From the NCBI GenBank assembly GCA_000743035.1, contig CP008936.1, positions 1,560,001-1,592,000 on the forward strand: DNA of 32,000 nucleotides. Reading direction: 5' to 3'. Of the stretch, positions 1 through 7,458 are shown piece after piece. Origin of the DNA: Candidatus Paracaedimonas acanthamoebae (GTDB lineage: Bacteria; Pseudomonadota; Alphaproteobacteria; Caedimonadales; Caedimonadaceae). Position numbers and translations under genes: made by a program. The notes below the pieces were generated by a model. The model was not told the origin of the DNA and did no database searches. It saw only the letters and a list, made by a program, of their open reading frames with translations. Every line of letters begins with the position of its first letter. The first letter of the stretch is position 1.

Positions 1-246
1 TAAATTTAACTTACAAAACTTATTTACTTTATGGTCATTAAAACAAAATTTATCGCTTGCCGCTTTAAAATGTTGAGAGATGAATTGCGTATTTTTTATG
101 TCATTTGGAGTTAATCCTCTAAATATCTCATTCATCAATTCATGCGGTAGATCTTCTATCGGGACATGTGACGCATTACATACAAATGAAGATAATAGTA
201 CATTTGAAATAACTGTAGCAGTTAAAAGATGTTTTTTATAAATCAT
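1..246 (-). CDS. F-box-like protein, N-terminal 82 codons (ORF runs off the window start)
   Basis: Absent from the ORF track because it is open at the window edge. The ATG (RC of 244-246) lies 7 nt downstream of AAGGAG (RC of 254-259). Translation: MIYKKHLLTATVISNVLLSSFVCNASHVPIEDLPHELMNEIFRGLTPNDIKNTQFISQHFKAAS... This is a hydrophobic leader followed by an LPxEhhxxIF F-box-type motif. Confidence 0.5.
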   Translation of the reverse strand, partial: MIYKKHLLTATVISNVLLSSFVCNASHVPIEDLPHELMNEIFRGLTPNDIKNTQFISQHFKAASDKFCFNDHKVNKFCKLNL

Positions 247-346
247 TATTTATCTCCTTAAAATTCTATATTATAGATTCTAACGCTTAACATTTAAGAA
301 ATTATTAACAGTGATAAGTTTTTCTTAGATAAATTCTATCTTTAGT

Positions 347-365
347 TCAAAGTTGCAACACAACC
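347..365 (-). repeat. Solo IS6-family-type terminal inverted repeat (right-end orientation)
   Basis: TCAAAGTTGCAACACAACC is the RC of GGTTGTGTTGCAACTTTGA. It resembles IS26/IS257-type IRs (GG..CTGTTGCAAAGT). Related copies lie at 2456, 2560, 5221, 7222 and 20064. Confidence 0.55.
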
Positions 366-514
366 AGGTTTTAGACCCTAGCTTTAAGGAGTTCCACAAT
401 ATGATCCATAACTGGATTTTCATAAACTCTTAAGCATTGTGGGAGGCTATGGCAATATTTGTTGATCCTGCTAAAGTCAATTTAATGGGGCAACGTCAAA
501 AGCTATAAGGGGGG

Positions 515-2020
515 CTAAAGGCTAAGGTTTAAGCTACGTGTTTGAGACCATTGTTCATGCCTCTCCTTTCCTCTGTCTCGAAGGTGGTTAATTTCCTGCA
601 TCCTTTCTTCTTGGGAGCCATTAAAGAGCTCAGGGTGCTGCTCAAGGAGATAAGCTAAATTAAGGCAAGCAAAGTCATGACCTTTCCTTGTTGCTTTTTC
701 ATAGTTCAGGAAGGCGCCTTGTAAGTCCCCTTTTCTCTCAAGACAAAACCCTAAGCTATTTTGGGCAGGGGAACATCCTTGCTCTGCAGCGTGGCGATAG
801 TAGCCTTCAGCTTCTTCAAGATTCCCTTGATGCTCTAACAGGCGTCCTAGATTGAGTTGTGCTTCTGTATGGCCTTGGTTTGCAGCTTGGCGGTAATAAA
901 ACTCGGCTTGATTCATCTTGCCCTCTATCTCATGATGCAAGGCAAGGGTACATTGGCCTTCGGCATCTCCTTGATGAGCCAGGTGAGACAAAACCTCTAT
1001 GGCTTCACTAAGCTTACCTTGGTGCTCTAAAATGAGACTTAAATCAAACTGAGCATCCGCATCGCCTTGCCTTGCCGCTTCGCGATAAAAGATCTCTGCT
1101 AATCTTAACCATTTATCCCTAAAGAGACTTTTTGCTTTTTGCTCCGCCCATAGATAACAATACTCTGCCATATTGGAAGCTTTAGTCCGGGACATATTCG
1201 GGAAGGATATCATGGCTTGAGGAAGCAAAATAGCCTCTCCTTCACTCCTCTCTGTATAAACATCCTCTAAGCTAACTTCTTGATTAACCCGCCTGAATAA
1301 AGCTGTGATGGGCTCACTGCTTGGAAGGTTAAAAAGTTTCAAGAGATAAAGAGCTTTATAAGGGGCTGCATAAGTTTGGGTAAATTCTATAAATTCTTGG
1401 GAGAACAAGCTTTTCTGTAAAGGAAAGATCGGGGATGTTCTGGCATAAGCTTCAAGTGTGGTTTGTTGATCATTCTCTAATTTTTCTTGAGCGAAGGCCT
1501 CCTGAATCCTTGCGGCTGTGATTTTGCTTTCAAAAAAAAGAGGGAGAAGGGACGAAGTGCCGAGGACCTCTTTAAGAACAGGGGGATTTGTGCAGATCTT
1601 TTCAAGGGCGAGAGGAGAAGCAAAAAACTGTTGGAATAATCCATCTTGGCCCTCTTTGCTGTCTTCCAACTTCTTCCATAAAATAAATAAAGGCTTTGTA
1701 TGAATCTGCTTAGGGAGAGAAAGCCATTCATCATGCGCAATTTGGTGCCATGCCTTACACACCCTTTTGACAGTTTTTAAGTTTTGAAAGCTTAAGGAGT
1801 CAAAAATATGAAGCCAGACTTCATCAGGCAACGGGGTCCCTTCAAGGACTTCTAATAAAGGCTCTTCTGGAGAAGAGGGGAGAGTCCTTTGGCGTTTCTT
1901 CGCAGGTTCAGCAGAATAAGCTTCATCCTCTGTCCTAGACGGCGAAGCTAAAAGGCTTGTGGCCGACAAACTCAAAACAAATATAAACCCTAAAGATTTC
2001 TTGAAGCCAAATTTAACCAT
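515..2020 (-). CDS. F-box plus Sel1-repeat protein with N-terminal hydrophobic leader (eukaryotic-like effector candidate)
   Basis: 501-aa ORF with AAGGAGAAGGG just upstream of the ATG. The F-box motif LPDEVWLHIFDSLSFQNLKTVKRVCKAWHQIA maps to nt 1736-1831. The C-terminal half carries about 5 Sel1-type repeats (AARQGDADAQFDL..., HQGDAEGQCTL..., ANQGHTEAQLNLG..., AEQGCSPAQNSLG...). A KKRQR basic patch lies upstream of the F-box. Confidence 0.85.
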   Translation of the reverse strand: MVKFGFKKSLGFIFVLSLSATSLLASPSRTEDEAYSAEPAKKRQRTLPSSPEEPLLEVLEGTPLPDEVWLHIFDSLSFQNLKTVKRVCKAWHQIAHDEWLSLPKQIHTKPLFILWKKLEDSKEGQDGLFQQFFASPLALEKICTNPPVLKEVLGTSSLLPLFFESKITAARIQEAFAQEKLENDQQTTLEAYARTSPIFPLQKSLFSQEFIEFTQTYAAPYKALYLLKLFNLPSSEPITALFRRVNQEVSLEDVYTERSEGEAILLPQAMISFPNMSRTKASNMAEYCYLWAEQKAKSLFRDKWLRLAEIFYREAARQGDADAQFDLSLILEHQGKLSEAIEVLSHLAHQGDAEGQCTLALHHEIEGKMNQAEFYYRQAANQGHTEAQLNLGRLLEHQGNLEEAEGYYRHAAEQGCSPAQNSLGFCLERKGDLQGAFLNYEKATRKGHDFACLNLAYLLEQHPELFNGSQEERMQEINHLRDRGKERHEQWSQTRSLNLSL

Positions 2021-2036
2021 ACCCTTCTCCTTTATG

Positions 2037-2455
2037 TTAGCTGTGCCTTAAATATTGGTAGAGTGTCTCCCGACTGATATTAAGCTCTTTGGCAATGGCT
2101 GATTTGCTCTGACCTTGAGAAATCTTCTCCTTAAGCTCTATGATGGCTTCTTCATTGAGCTTCTTCTTCCTTCCTTTATATAGCCCCTTTTGCTTGGCAA
2201 GATAAATCCCTTCTAACTGTCGTTCTCTGATAAGGGCTCTCTCAAATTCTCCAAAAGCTCTCATCACGGAGAGAAAAAGCTTGGCCATGGGGGAGTCCTC
2301 GCCTGTAAAGACTAATTGCTTTTTCTCAAATCGGATGCCTATCCCCTTCCCCGTTAACCCTTAAGCCCCCTTAAGTCATCAAGATTATGAGCTAGACGAT
2401 CCATGCTATGGACAATAATGGTATCTCCATCTCTTGCATAGTGAAGAAGTTCTTC
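2037..2455 (-). pseudogene. Serine recombinase (resolvase/invertase) relic, copy 1
   Basis: The C-terminal 83 codons are open (GEFERALIRERQ...HTH SKSAIAKELNISRETLYQYL). Upstream, the reverse strand reads EELLHYARDGDTIIVHSMDRLAHNLDDLRGL. The frame then breaks relative to copy 21131-21535 by a 4-nt gap. The catalytic N-terminus is missing, cut by the IS6-type IR at 2456. Confidence 0.8.
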
Positions 2456-2573
2456 AGTTGTGTTGCAACTTTGAGCTCTTTGACAGCTAAATCCTTGATA
2501 TAATTCATATTTACTTAATAGGCAATATTAATAAAATCAACGGTGTATTCTTTCAACCTTCAAAGTTGCAACA
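2456..2573. repeat. About 118-bp remnant bounded by IS6-type IR sequences (MITE-like or collapsed IS6)
   Basis: 2456-2476 is AGTTGTGTTGCAACTTTGAGC (left-end type). 2560-2573 is TCAAAGTTGCAACA (right-end type, partial). There is no coding capacity between them. Confidence 0.4.
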
Positions 2574-3150
2574 TGTATGTTGCTGAGGAGCCTATGAGAG
2601 AGTAGCTAAGTCTTGTAGGCTGGAAGAGGAAACTCTGTATTTGCAACAAGACACTAAATCTGAGGTTTTGATAAGAGCGTACTCCCAACATATAAGTATC
2701 TTAAGGAAAGGTTCTACCTTATTCTGAATTTACATGACAAGCTAAAGACTCAAATAATCATATCAGCATAGAGAAGGGAAAAAAAGATGGATGAAGGTAT
2801 ATTAGGAATAGATGTTTCTAAGAAAGAACTCTCTATAGCTCTTCTCATCAATACTTCCTATAGAAAATGCAAAATCTTTAACAATATTGAAGGCTTTACA
2901 AATCTATCAAAGTGGTTGCAAGCTCAAGGTATTAATAAAGTTAAGGCCTGTATGGAAGCCACAGGAAGCTATGGGAAAAACTTGCAGAGTATCTTTATGA
3001 ACAAACTCATCAAGTCCATATTGTTAATCTTGCTTGCATTAAGGCTTTTACTAAAAGTAAATTGAGTCGCCATAAAACAGATGATGTTGATGCTCACCTG
3101 ATTGCAGAGTATGCGAGCAAGAATGAGTTAAGAGCCTATAAGCCTAAAGA
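2561..3150 (+). mobile_element. Decayed, 3'-truncated copy of the IS110-group element found intact at 7222-8458
   Basis: The leader 2561-2786 is near-identical to 7222-7458. The transposase start MDEGILGIDVSKKELSIAL... (2787) frameshifts near 2985. Homology resumes as SRHKTDDVDAHLIAEYASKNELRAYKPKEP and stops at about 3150, where the ParE/RHH module begins. Confidence 0.85.
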
Positions 3151-3163
3151 GCCTTCATGAGGA

Positions 3164-3448
3164 CTATAATTCTTCAGGCCAAGGCATTGAGGCATGCAGA
3201 ACACGTAATATTTCAACCCTCTCAGCTTTTACTCTATATGGAATGATATAAGAAGACCCACTGATGATAAGTTCCCGCGTATAAGGAACTCTTCCTGCTC
3301 TCCCCATCCCAGGGTGGCTGCTTAAGAGATCAAGAGCTTCATAAATACGTTTTGCAACATTGTTGGCAGCTTTAGGGTTCTCTTTTTGAATATAAGTGTG
3401 TAGCTTTTGCAGATCTACAACTGCATCTTCTAACCATCTTATTTGCAT
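3164..3448 (-). CDS. ParE/RelE-family type II toxin
   Basis: 94 aa. MQIRWLEDAVVDLQKLHTYI...GRVPYTRELIISGSSYIIPYRVKAERVEILRVLHA is a typical ParE/RelE fold signature. It overlaps the upstream antitoxin gene by 10 nt. Confidence 0.85.
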   Translation of the reverse strand: MQIRWLEDAVVDLQKLHTYIQKENPKAANNVAKRIYEALDLLSSHPGMGRAGRVPYTRELIISGSSYIIPYRVKAERVEILRVLHASMPWPEEL

Positions 3449-3726
3449 TTTGGGGCATGCTTTTCATGAGATGTGCCCCAGCTTTCAAGCCAACTCTTGA
3501 CATCAATATGATCCGCAAATTTAGCATTACCGCTGTCAGCTTTTGAAAGAGCATCATGGATTGCTTGTATTTGCCATGATTCATCTTCAATGTATCTCTT
3601 CAAAGCTTCTTCAGCAATAAATGAGCGTGTCCTTCCAATGGCATGGGCGAGTTGATCAAGTTTATCCTTTAAGGCAGGAGCAACACGAACGCTCAAAGTT
3701 GTTGATAGATGATTAAGGTTACTCAT
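3439..3726 (-). CDS. Ribbon-helix-helix (CopG/ParD-like) antitoxin
   Basis: LSVRVAPALKDKLDQLAHAIGRTRSFIAEEALKRYI is an RHH motif. I prefer the ATG at 3726 (MSNLNHL) because GGAGGAGAG (RC of 3731-3739) precedes it. The track ORF starts at 3753. Confidence 0.8.
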   Translation of the reverse strand: MSNLNHLSTTLSVRVAPALKDKLDQLAHAIGRTRSFIAEEALKRYIEDESWQIQAIHDALSKADSGNAKFADHIDVKSWLESWGTSHEKHAPKCK

Positions 3727-3751
3727 AAGGCTCTCCTCCATAACAATATAC

Positions 3752-3771
3752 ATACATAATATACTATGTAT
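3752..3771. promoter_or_regulatory. Palindrome upstream of the RHH antitoxin gene, candidate operator
   Basis: ATACATA-N6-TATGTAT (3752-3758 and 3765-3771) lies immediately 5' of the TA operon. RHH antitoxins commonly autoregulate at such palindromes. Confidence 0.35.
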
Positions 3772-3892
3772 ACAACGTGTGCAAATATATTGCTACAAGC
3801 TAAATTTAAGACATCCATAAAAAGAAGCCATTACTCTGCCCTCTTATAGTAAGTAATGCTACGGGCTATTTTATGGTTCTGATGCTATGAGT

Positions 3893-4306
3893 GGGGATTA
3901 AAAGCATTAAAGACCGGAGAGGCTATAACAAAGCTTGTGTTGCAATTGCTAATAAAAATGTACGCATCTTGTGGACTATTATGGCTCATGATTCTTACTA
4001 TCAAGCAAGAGGCTAAACTTAGAAACAACCTAATCTCGCTGAAAATTAAACAACTTTAAACATTCCAGCAGATTGCGGAGGTAAAGATAAAGATGATGGC
4101 ATAAAGGGAGAAGACCCGCTCTTTAAAACTCTGGCACCGTCATGGCTTTTAAAAGCCGATAAGTTGATTGAGAGATAAGAGTACGCAGATTCCATCAGGG
4201 CTAAAGATATGAATCTCAACAACAAGCCGAATATATGACTGCAATCTAACCTTACAAAGCCAAACATCTTATTTTAGCTCTTGCAATGCGGACCGATCCA
4301 TATATG
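3893..4306 (+). mobile_element. Relic of an IS1111-like (IS110 family) element: transposase C-terminus plus 3' non-coding end
   Basis: 3893-4016 reads VGIKSIKDRRGYNKACVAIANKNVRILWTIMAHDSYYQARG*. This is homologous to the C-terminus of the 10545-11576 transposase (ERRGINRAIVALANKIGRMIWALLAKEENY). The downstream non-coding DNA shares blocks with 11577-11837, for example CCATCAGGGCTA at 4192-4203 and 11722-11733. Confidence 0.7.
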
Positions 4307-4368
4307 ACGGTGCCTTTTAAAGTGGACGGGTCTATACCATTGCTTTATTAAATATCCCCTTTAAATGA

Positions 4369-4722
4369 TTAAGGCTTAAATTTTATATTATTTTTTAATA
4401 TTTCAAAAATTGTGCCAAAATAATATTTGGGATTTTGCTCCTGCTGTTGCTTATAGGTATTTATTAATTTGTTTATTCTTTTTTCAAGAGTTTTATAATC
4501 TTTAAAATCAGTTTTATATTTTTCAAAAAATATTACTAATTCTCTTGGATCTGGATAATCATTATGCTCATTATCATCATTTATTTTATTTAACCTTTTT
4601 GCAGGAGTTAGTATTCTAAGCTTACCATCTTCTTTTTCTTCTTGACTAGCTAAACAGGAATTTTGAGACGCCAGTATCAAAATTAAAAAAAAACCCAAGA
4701 CAGGTACATTTAAAAAACTCAT
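4369..4722 (-). CDS. Small secreted protein, unknown function
   Basis: 117 aa. AGGAGAA lies upstream of the ATG. The signal-peptide-like leader is MSFLNVPVLGFFLILILASQNSCLAS. The gene is very AT-rich and Lys/Asn/Glu-rich. Confidence 0.6.
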   Translation of the reverse strand: MSFLNVPVLGFFLILILASQNSCLASQEEKEDGKLRILTPAKRLNKINDDNEHNDYPDPRELVIFFEKYKTDFKDYKTLEKRINKLINTYKQQQEQNPKYYFGTIFEILKNNIKFKP

Positions 4723-4972
4723 AAACTGTTTCTCCTATAAATTATTAATCAATCGAGCATTAGTATTCTGAAAGCATTTATTTAAAAATATCTTTTTAGG
4801 AAATCAATTTTTCTTTTATGCTTATAAAATGGTCTTCTTATCAAGATTAAACTCTTTAATCATGCCTTATTATCAAGGTCTCTTAAAGTTGCTCACGCCA
4901 CACCATCACGACCAACTTAAGTGCCTTAACATGCATTTTACTTTAATATAGTTTGCGCCATTGAAACTAGCT

Positions 4973-5233
4973 TTACAATAGCAGAATCATAAAATTGCAA
5001 AGCTGATTATAGATTAATTCAAAGCCTTCTGCTGCTAATAGTAACTCTTCTGTTCGATCAAAATATTTACAGCCGAGTATATATTGAGCTTCTGGATTAC
5101 CTGTATTTGCTGCATCTAATAATTTTTGATTACGTTGATTAAATAGCGTGTGCTCTTTAGCATTTGGTTCTAAGCTAATTAAGAAAAAGCTAGGCATATT
5201 TTTGTTTATTACCTCATAAAGGTTGTGTTGCAA
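4973..5233 (-). pseudogene. Sel1-repeat gene fragment truncated by an IS6-type IR
   Basis: It contains AANTGNPEAQYILGCKYF, a Sel1-like motif. The first 4 codons of the track ORF (TTG start) are formed by the IS6-type IR itself at 5221-5241. Confidence 0.3.
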
Positions 5234-5241
5234 GTTTGAGC
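5221..5241 (+). repeat. IS6-family-type terminal inverted repeat (left-end orientation), no transposase behind it
   Basis: GGTTGTGTTGCAAGTTTGAGC. Compare GGTTATGTTACAAGTTTGAGC at 20064, which is followed by an IS6 transposase N-terminus. Confidence 0.55.
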
Positions 5242-5246
5242 TAATA

Positions 5247-5265
5247 TTACAATTAAGCTAAGGAT
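5247..5265. repeat. Left arm of a 19-bp perfect inverted repeat flanking vapBC
   Basis: TTACAATTAAGCTAAGGAT. The exact reverse complement lies at 6115-6133. Confidence 0.9.
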
Positions 5266-5281
5266 ATAAAGAACTTTTTAG

Positions 5282-5303
5282 ATTTTGGACATAGTTAGGG
5301 TAT
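5282..5303. repeat. Isolated copy of the terminal about 22 bp of the 80-bp IR element (see 9296-9375)
   Basis: ATTTTGGACATAGTTAGGGTA here versus ATTTTGGACATAGTTGGGGTA at 9354-9374. Confidence 0.6.
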
Positions 5304-5449
5304 ACTCTATATTGACATAAAAGTATCTATTAGATGTTAAGATAAAAATTATACCTATTTAAATTTTAGTTCCTAAAATATCTTAATTGCATAAATTATT
5401 TTTATGCTATAATTATTTTATAACCCTTTAACAAAATATTGGGCCTTAA

Positions 5450-5698
5450 ATGATACCAAGAGCAAAAATATCTAAGGGTGGGAAAATTGTTATTCCGGCT
5501 TTCTTCAGAAAAAAGTTAAACCTTAAAGATGGTGAAGAAGTTATGCTTGAGCTTCAAGATGATCATCTTGTTATAACGTCTCTCAAACATAAACTTGAAG
5601 CTGCACGTCAAATTGTAAACCGCTACCATTCTTCAAAAGAAAGTTTAGTCGATATCTTATTTGAAATGCGTCATGAAGAAGCCAAGAATGAACAATAA
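5450..5698 (+). CDS. vapB: AbrB/SpoVT-type antitoxin (VapB-like)
   Basis: 82 aa. ISKGGKIVIPAFFRKKLNLKDGEEVMLELQDDHLVI is a looped-hinge-helix AbrB-type motif. It sits directly upstream of, and overlaps, a PIN-domain gene. Confidence 0.8.
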   Translation: MIPRAKISKGGKIVIPAFFRKKLNLKDGEEVMLELQDDHLVITSLKHKLEAARQIVNRYHSSKESLVDILFEMRHEEAKNEQ

Positions 5699-6077
5699 TG
5701 TTATTTTAGATTCTTCCGCTCTGCTCGCTCTTCTTAAAAATGAACCAGGATCAGATATTGTTGAATCTCTTCTAGGTAATATCATAATGTCGAGCATTAA
5801 TGTTACTGAAGTAGCCACCGTATTATTAGATTCAGAAATGACTTTACAAGAATGTCAAGACACTGTTTTACCGTTTATTTCAGCAATCATGCCTTATGAT
5901 GAAGAACTTGCTTCCTTAACTGCTGATCTCAGAAAACAAACTAAAGCTTATGGTCTTTCTTTAGGAGATAGATCTTGTATTGCATTGGGGCAAAAGATGA
6001 AGCTTCCTATCTATACTGCTGATAAAACATGGGGAGAGTTACAGATAGAAAATGTTGGAATAAAACTCATTAGATAA
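5688..6077 (+). CDS. vapC: PIN-domain toxin (VapC-like)
   Basis: VILDSSALLALL...INVTEVATVL...GDRSCIALGQ...YTADKTW gives the conserved acidic PIN residues. I prefer the ATG at 5688, which overlaps the vapB stop (ATGAACAATAA). The track ORF starts at 5661. Confidence 0.8.
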   Translation: MNNNVILDSSALLALLKNEPGSDIVESLLGNIIMSSINVTEVATVLLDSEMTLQECQDTVLPFISAIMPYDEELASLTADLRKQTKAYGLSLGDRSCIALGQKMKLPIYTADKTWGELQIENVGIKLIR

Positions 6078-6114
6078 AACATTCTTCACTGCCTAGATTT
6101 AATAATTACTTCAG

Positions 6115-6133
6115 ATCCTTAGCTTAATTGTAA
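6115..6133. repeat. Right arm of the 19-bp perfect inverted repeat flanking vapBC
   Basis: ATCCTTAGCTTAATTGTAA is the RC of 5247-5265. Confidence 0.9.
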
Positions 6134-6250
6134 CTTTAGATTGAAATTGAAACAGAAGCGTTTCATTTTATGATTTATCATTGTTAGAAAGGATGGGAGT
6201 ATGGATAGTATATAAGACTTAATCAATTTATAAAGTAAAGGCTGTTAGAA

Positions 6251-7075
6251 ATGCATAAGCAAATGTTTAAAAATCAGTTAACTTTAGCAGAAAATGTGTT
6301 GCGTCGCCTTTTAAATCTTATTGTAGAAGTTGATCATCTATTCTTATTTTTGACGTTTTTTTCTACCATAAGTTTATTTTTTGGATATTTAACCCTCACT
6401 TATATTCTGCTTTCAATAGATTTAATCTTGCTATTATTTGTATGCATATTTCCATTAGGTCAATGGCTAACTTCTTTTTTAGAAACACGCTTTCCTGAAA
6501 ACCCATTCATTCCAAAAGATATTGAAGGAATTATCGTTCTTGGAAGTGGATTTGATCTTTTATTGTCTTACAAACTGAATCGTCCTTGTTATAATGTTGC
6601 GATAGGTCGTTTAATTTCTTTTACTCAACTTATTAAGCAATATCCTAATGTAAAACACGTTTTCACAGGTGGTGGATGGTACTTAGACCTTGGTGTTAAT
6701 GAATCCGTATTGGCTGAGAAATTTTTTCAAGACTGTGGTTTAAATACGCATCAAATAATCTTTGAGAGAGAAGCATGTAATACTAATCAAAATGCTCTTT
6801 ATAGTTATCGTTTGTTACAACCTAAAGGAAAATGGGTACTCGTTACATCTGCATTGCATATGCCTCGTGCAGTAGGGCTTTTTAGAAAATTAGGGTGGAA
6901 AATAATTCCTTTTCCTGTTGATTATCGTTCAGAAAAAAAATGGTCTGTTTTTAATCTCAATCTAAGTAGAGCTATTGTTTATTGGAAAACAAGCATGCAT
7001 GAAGTAATTAATATGCTTTTTAACTACTTTAAAGGGCAGAGTGATACTATTATGCCTAAAGCAGAACCATTATAA
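6251..7075 (+). CDS. DUF218 (YdcF/ElyC/SanA-like) membrane-anchored protein
   Basis: 274 aa with N-terminal TM segments. The motifs GIIVLGSG, FTGGG and VLVTSALHMPRAVGLFRKLGW are characteristic of the DUF218 family. Confidence 0.7.
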   Translation: MHKQMFKNQLTLAENVLRRLLNLIVEVDHLFLFLTFFSTISLFFGYLTLTYILLSIDLILLLFVCIFPLGQWLTSFLETRFPENPFIPKDIEGIIVLGSGFDLLLSYKLNRPCYNVAIGRLISFTQLIKQYPNVKHVFTGGGWYLDLGVNESVLAEKFFQDCGLNTHQIIFEREACNTNQNALYSYRLLQPKGKWVLVTSALHMPRAVGLFRKLGWKIIPFPVDYRSEKKWSVFNLNLSRAIVYWKTSMHEVINMLFNYFKGQSDTIMPKAEPL

Positions 7076-7234
7076 CCTATATTATAACGATTATAATACC
7101 AGGTTAAATAAAGATTATAATTTATTTAAGGAAATAAAAGCTGTTTCAAATTCTGGATATAGTAGAGCTGAAGATGCTAAAAATCCTATAAATAAAATCA
7201 ATTATTTATTACTCATATCTCCAAAGTTGCAACA

Positions 7235-7458
7235 TGTATGTTGCTGAGGAGCCTATGAGAGAGTAGCTAAGCCTTGTAGGCTGGAAGAGGTGACTCTGTA
7301 TTTGCAACAAGACACCAAATCTGAGGTTCTGATAAGAGCCCTCTTCCAATTGGTCTAGAGCTGAACAGTATCTTAAGAAAAGGTTCTACCTTATTCTGAA
7401 TTCACATGACAAGCTAAAGACTCAAATAATCATATCAGTAGAGGGAAGGAAAAAAAAG
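7235..7458 (+). ncRNA. Candidate bridge-RNA-type non-coding leader of IS110 element A
   Basis: Long non-coding 5' region, as in IS110-group elements. It contains GGTTCTGATA (7325-7334), the RC of the right end TATCAGAACC (8449-8458). It also contains ACAGTATC (7374-7381), a same-sense copy of the right end at 8445-8452. Confidence 0.4.

Noticed and set aside
1477-1740. Antisense or embedded track ORFs
   Set aside because: The ORFs are 1477-1740, 1518-1703, 3372-3590, 7576-7770, 10036-10260, 10686-10892, 10997-11212, 12448-12717, 17135-17347, 20651-20866, 20888-21070, 21297-21488, 23245-23619, 24198-24624, 24774-25112, 25608-25793, 26680-26880 and 31391-31585. All are nested in or opposite to much longer ORFs with clear family motifs, and none has an RBS or recognisable motifs.
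4046-4267. 73-aa minus-strand track ORF
   Set aside because: It lies entirely within the non-coding 3' region of the IS1111-like relic, has no RBS, and has odd composition. It is most likely spurious.
7041-7247. Track ORFs 7041-7247, 11364-11711, 11622-11846 and 26110-26310 over IS non-coding ends
   Set aside because: They overlap regions better explained as IS leader or trailer (candidate RNA) sequence and junctions. Their composition is low-complexity and they lack translation signals.
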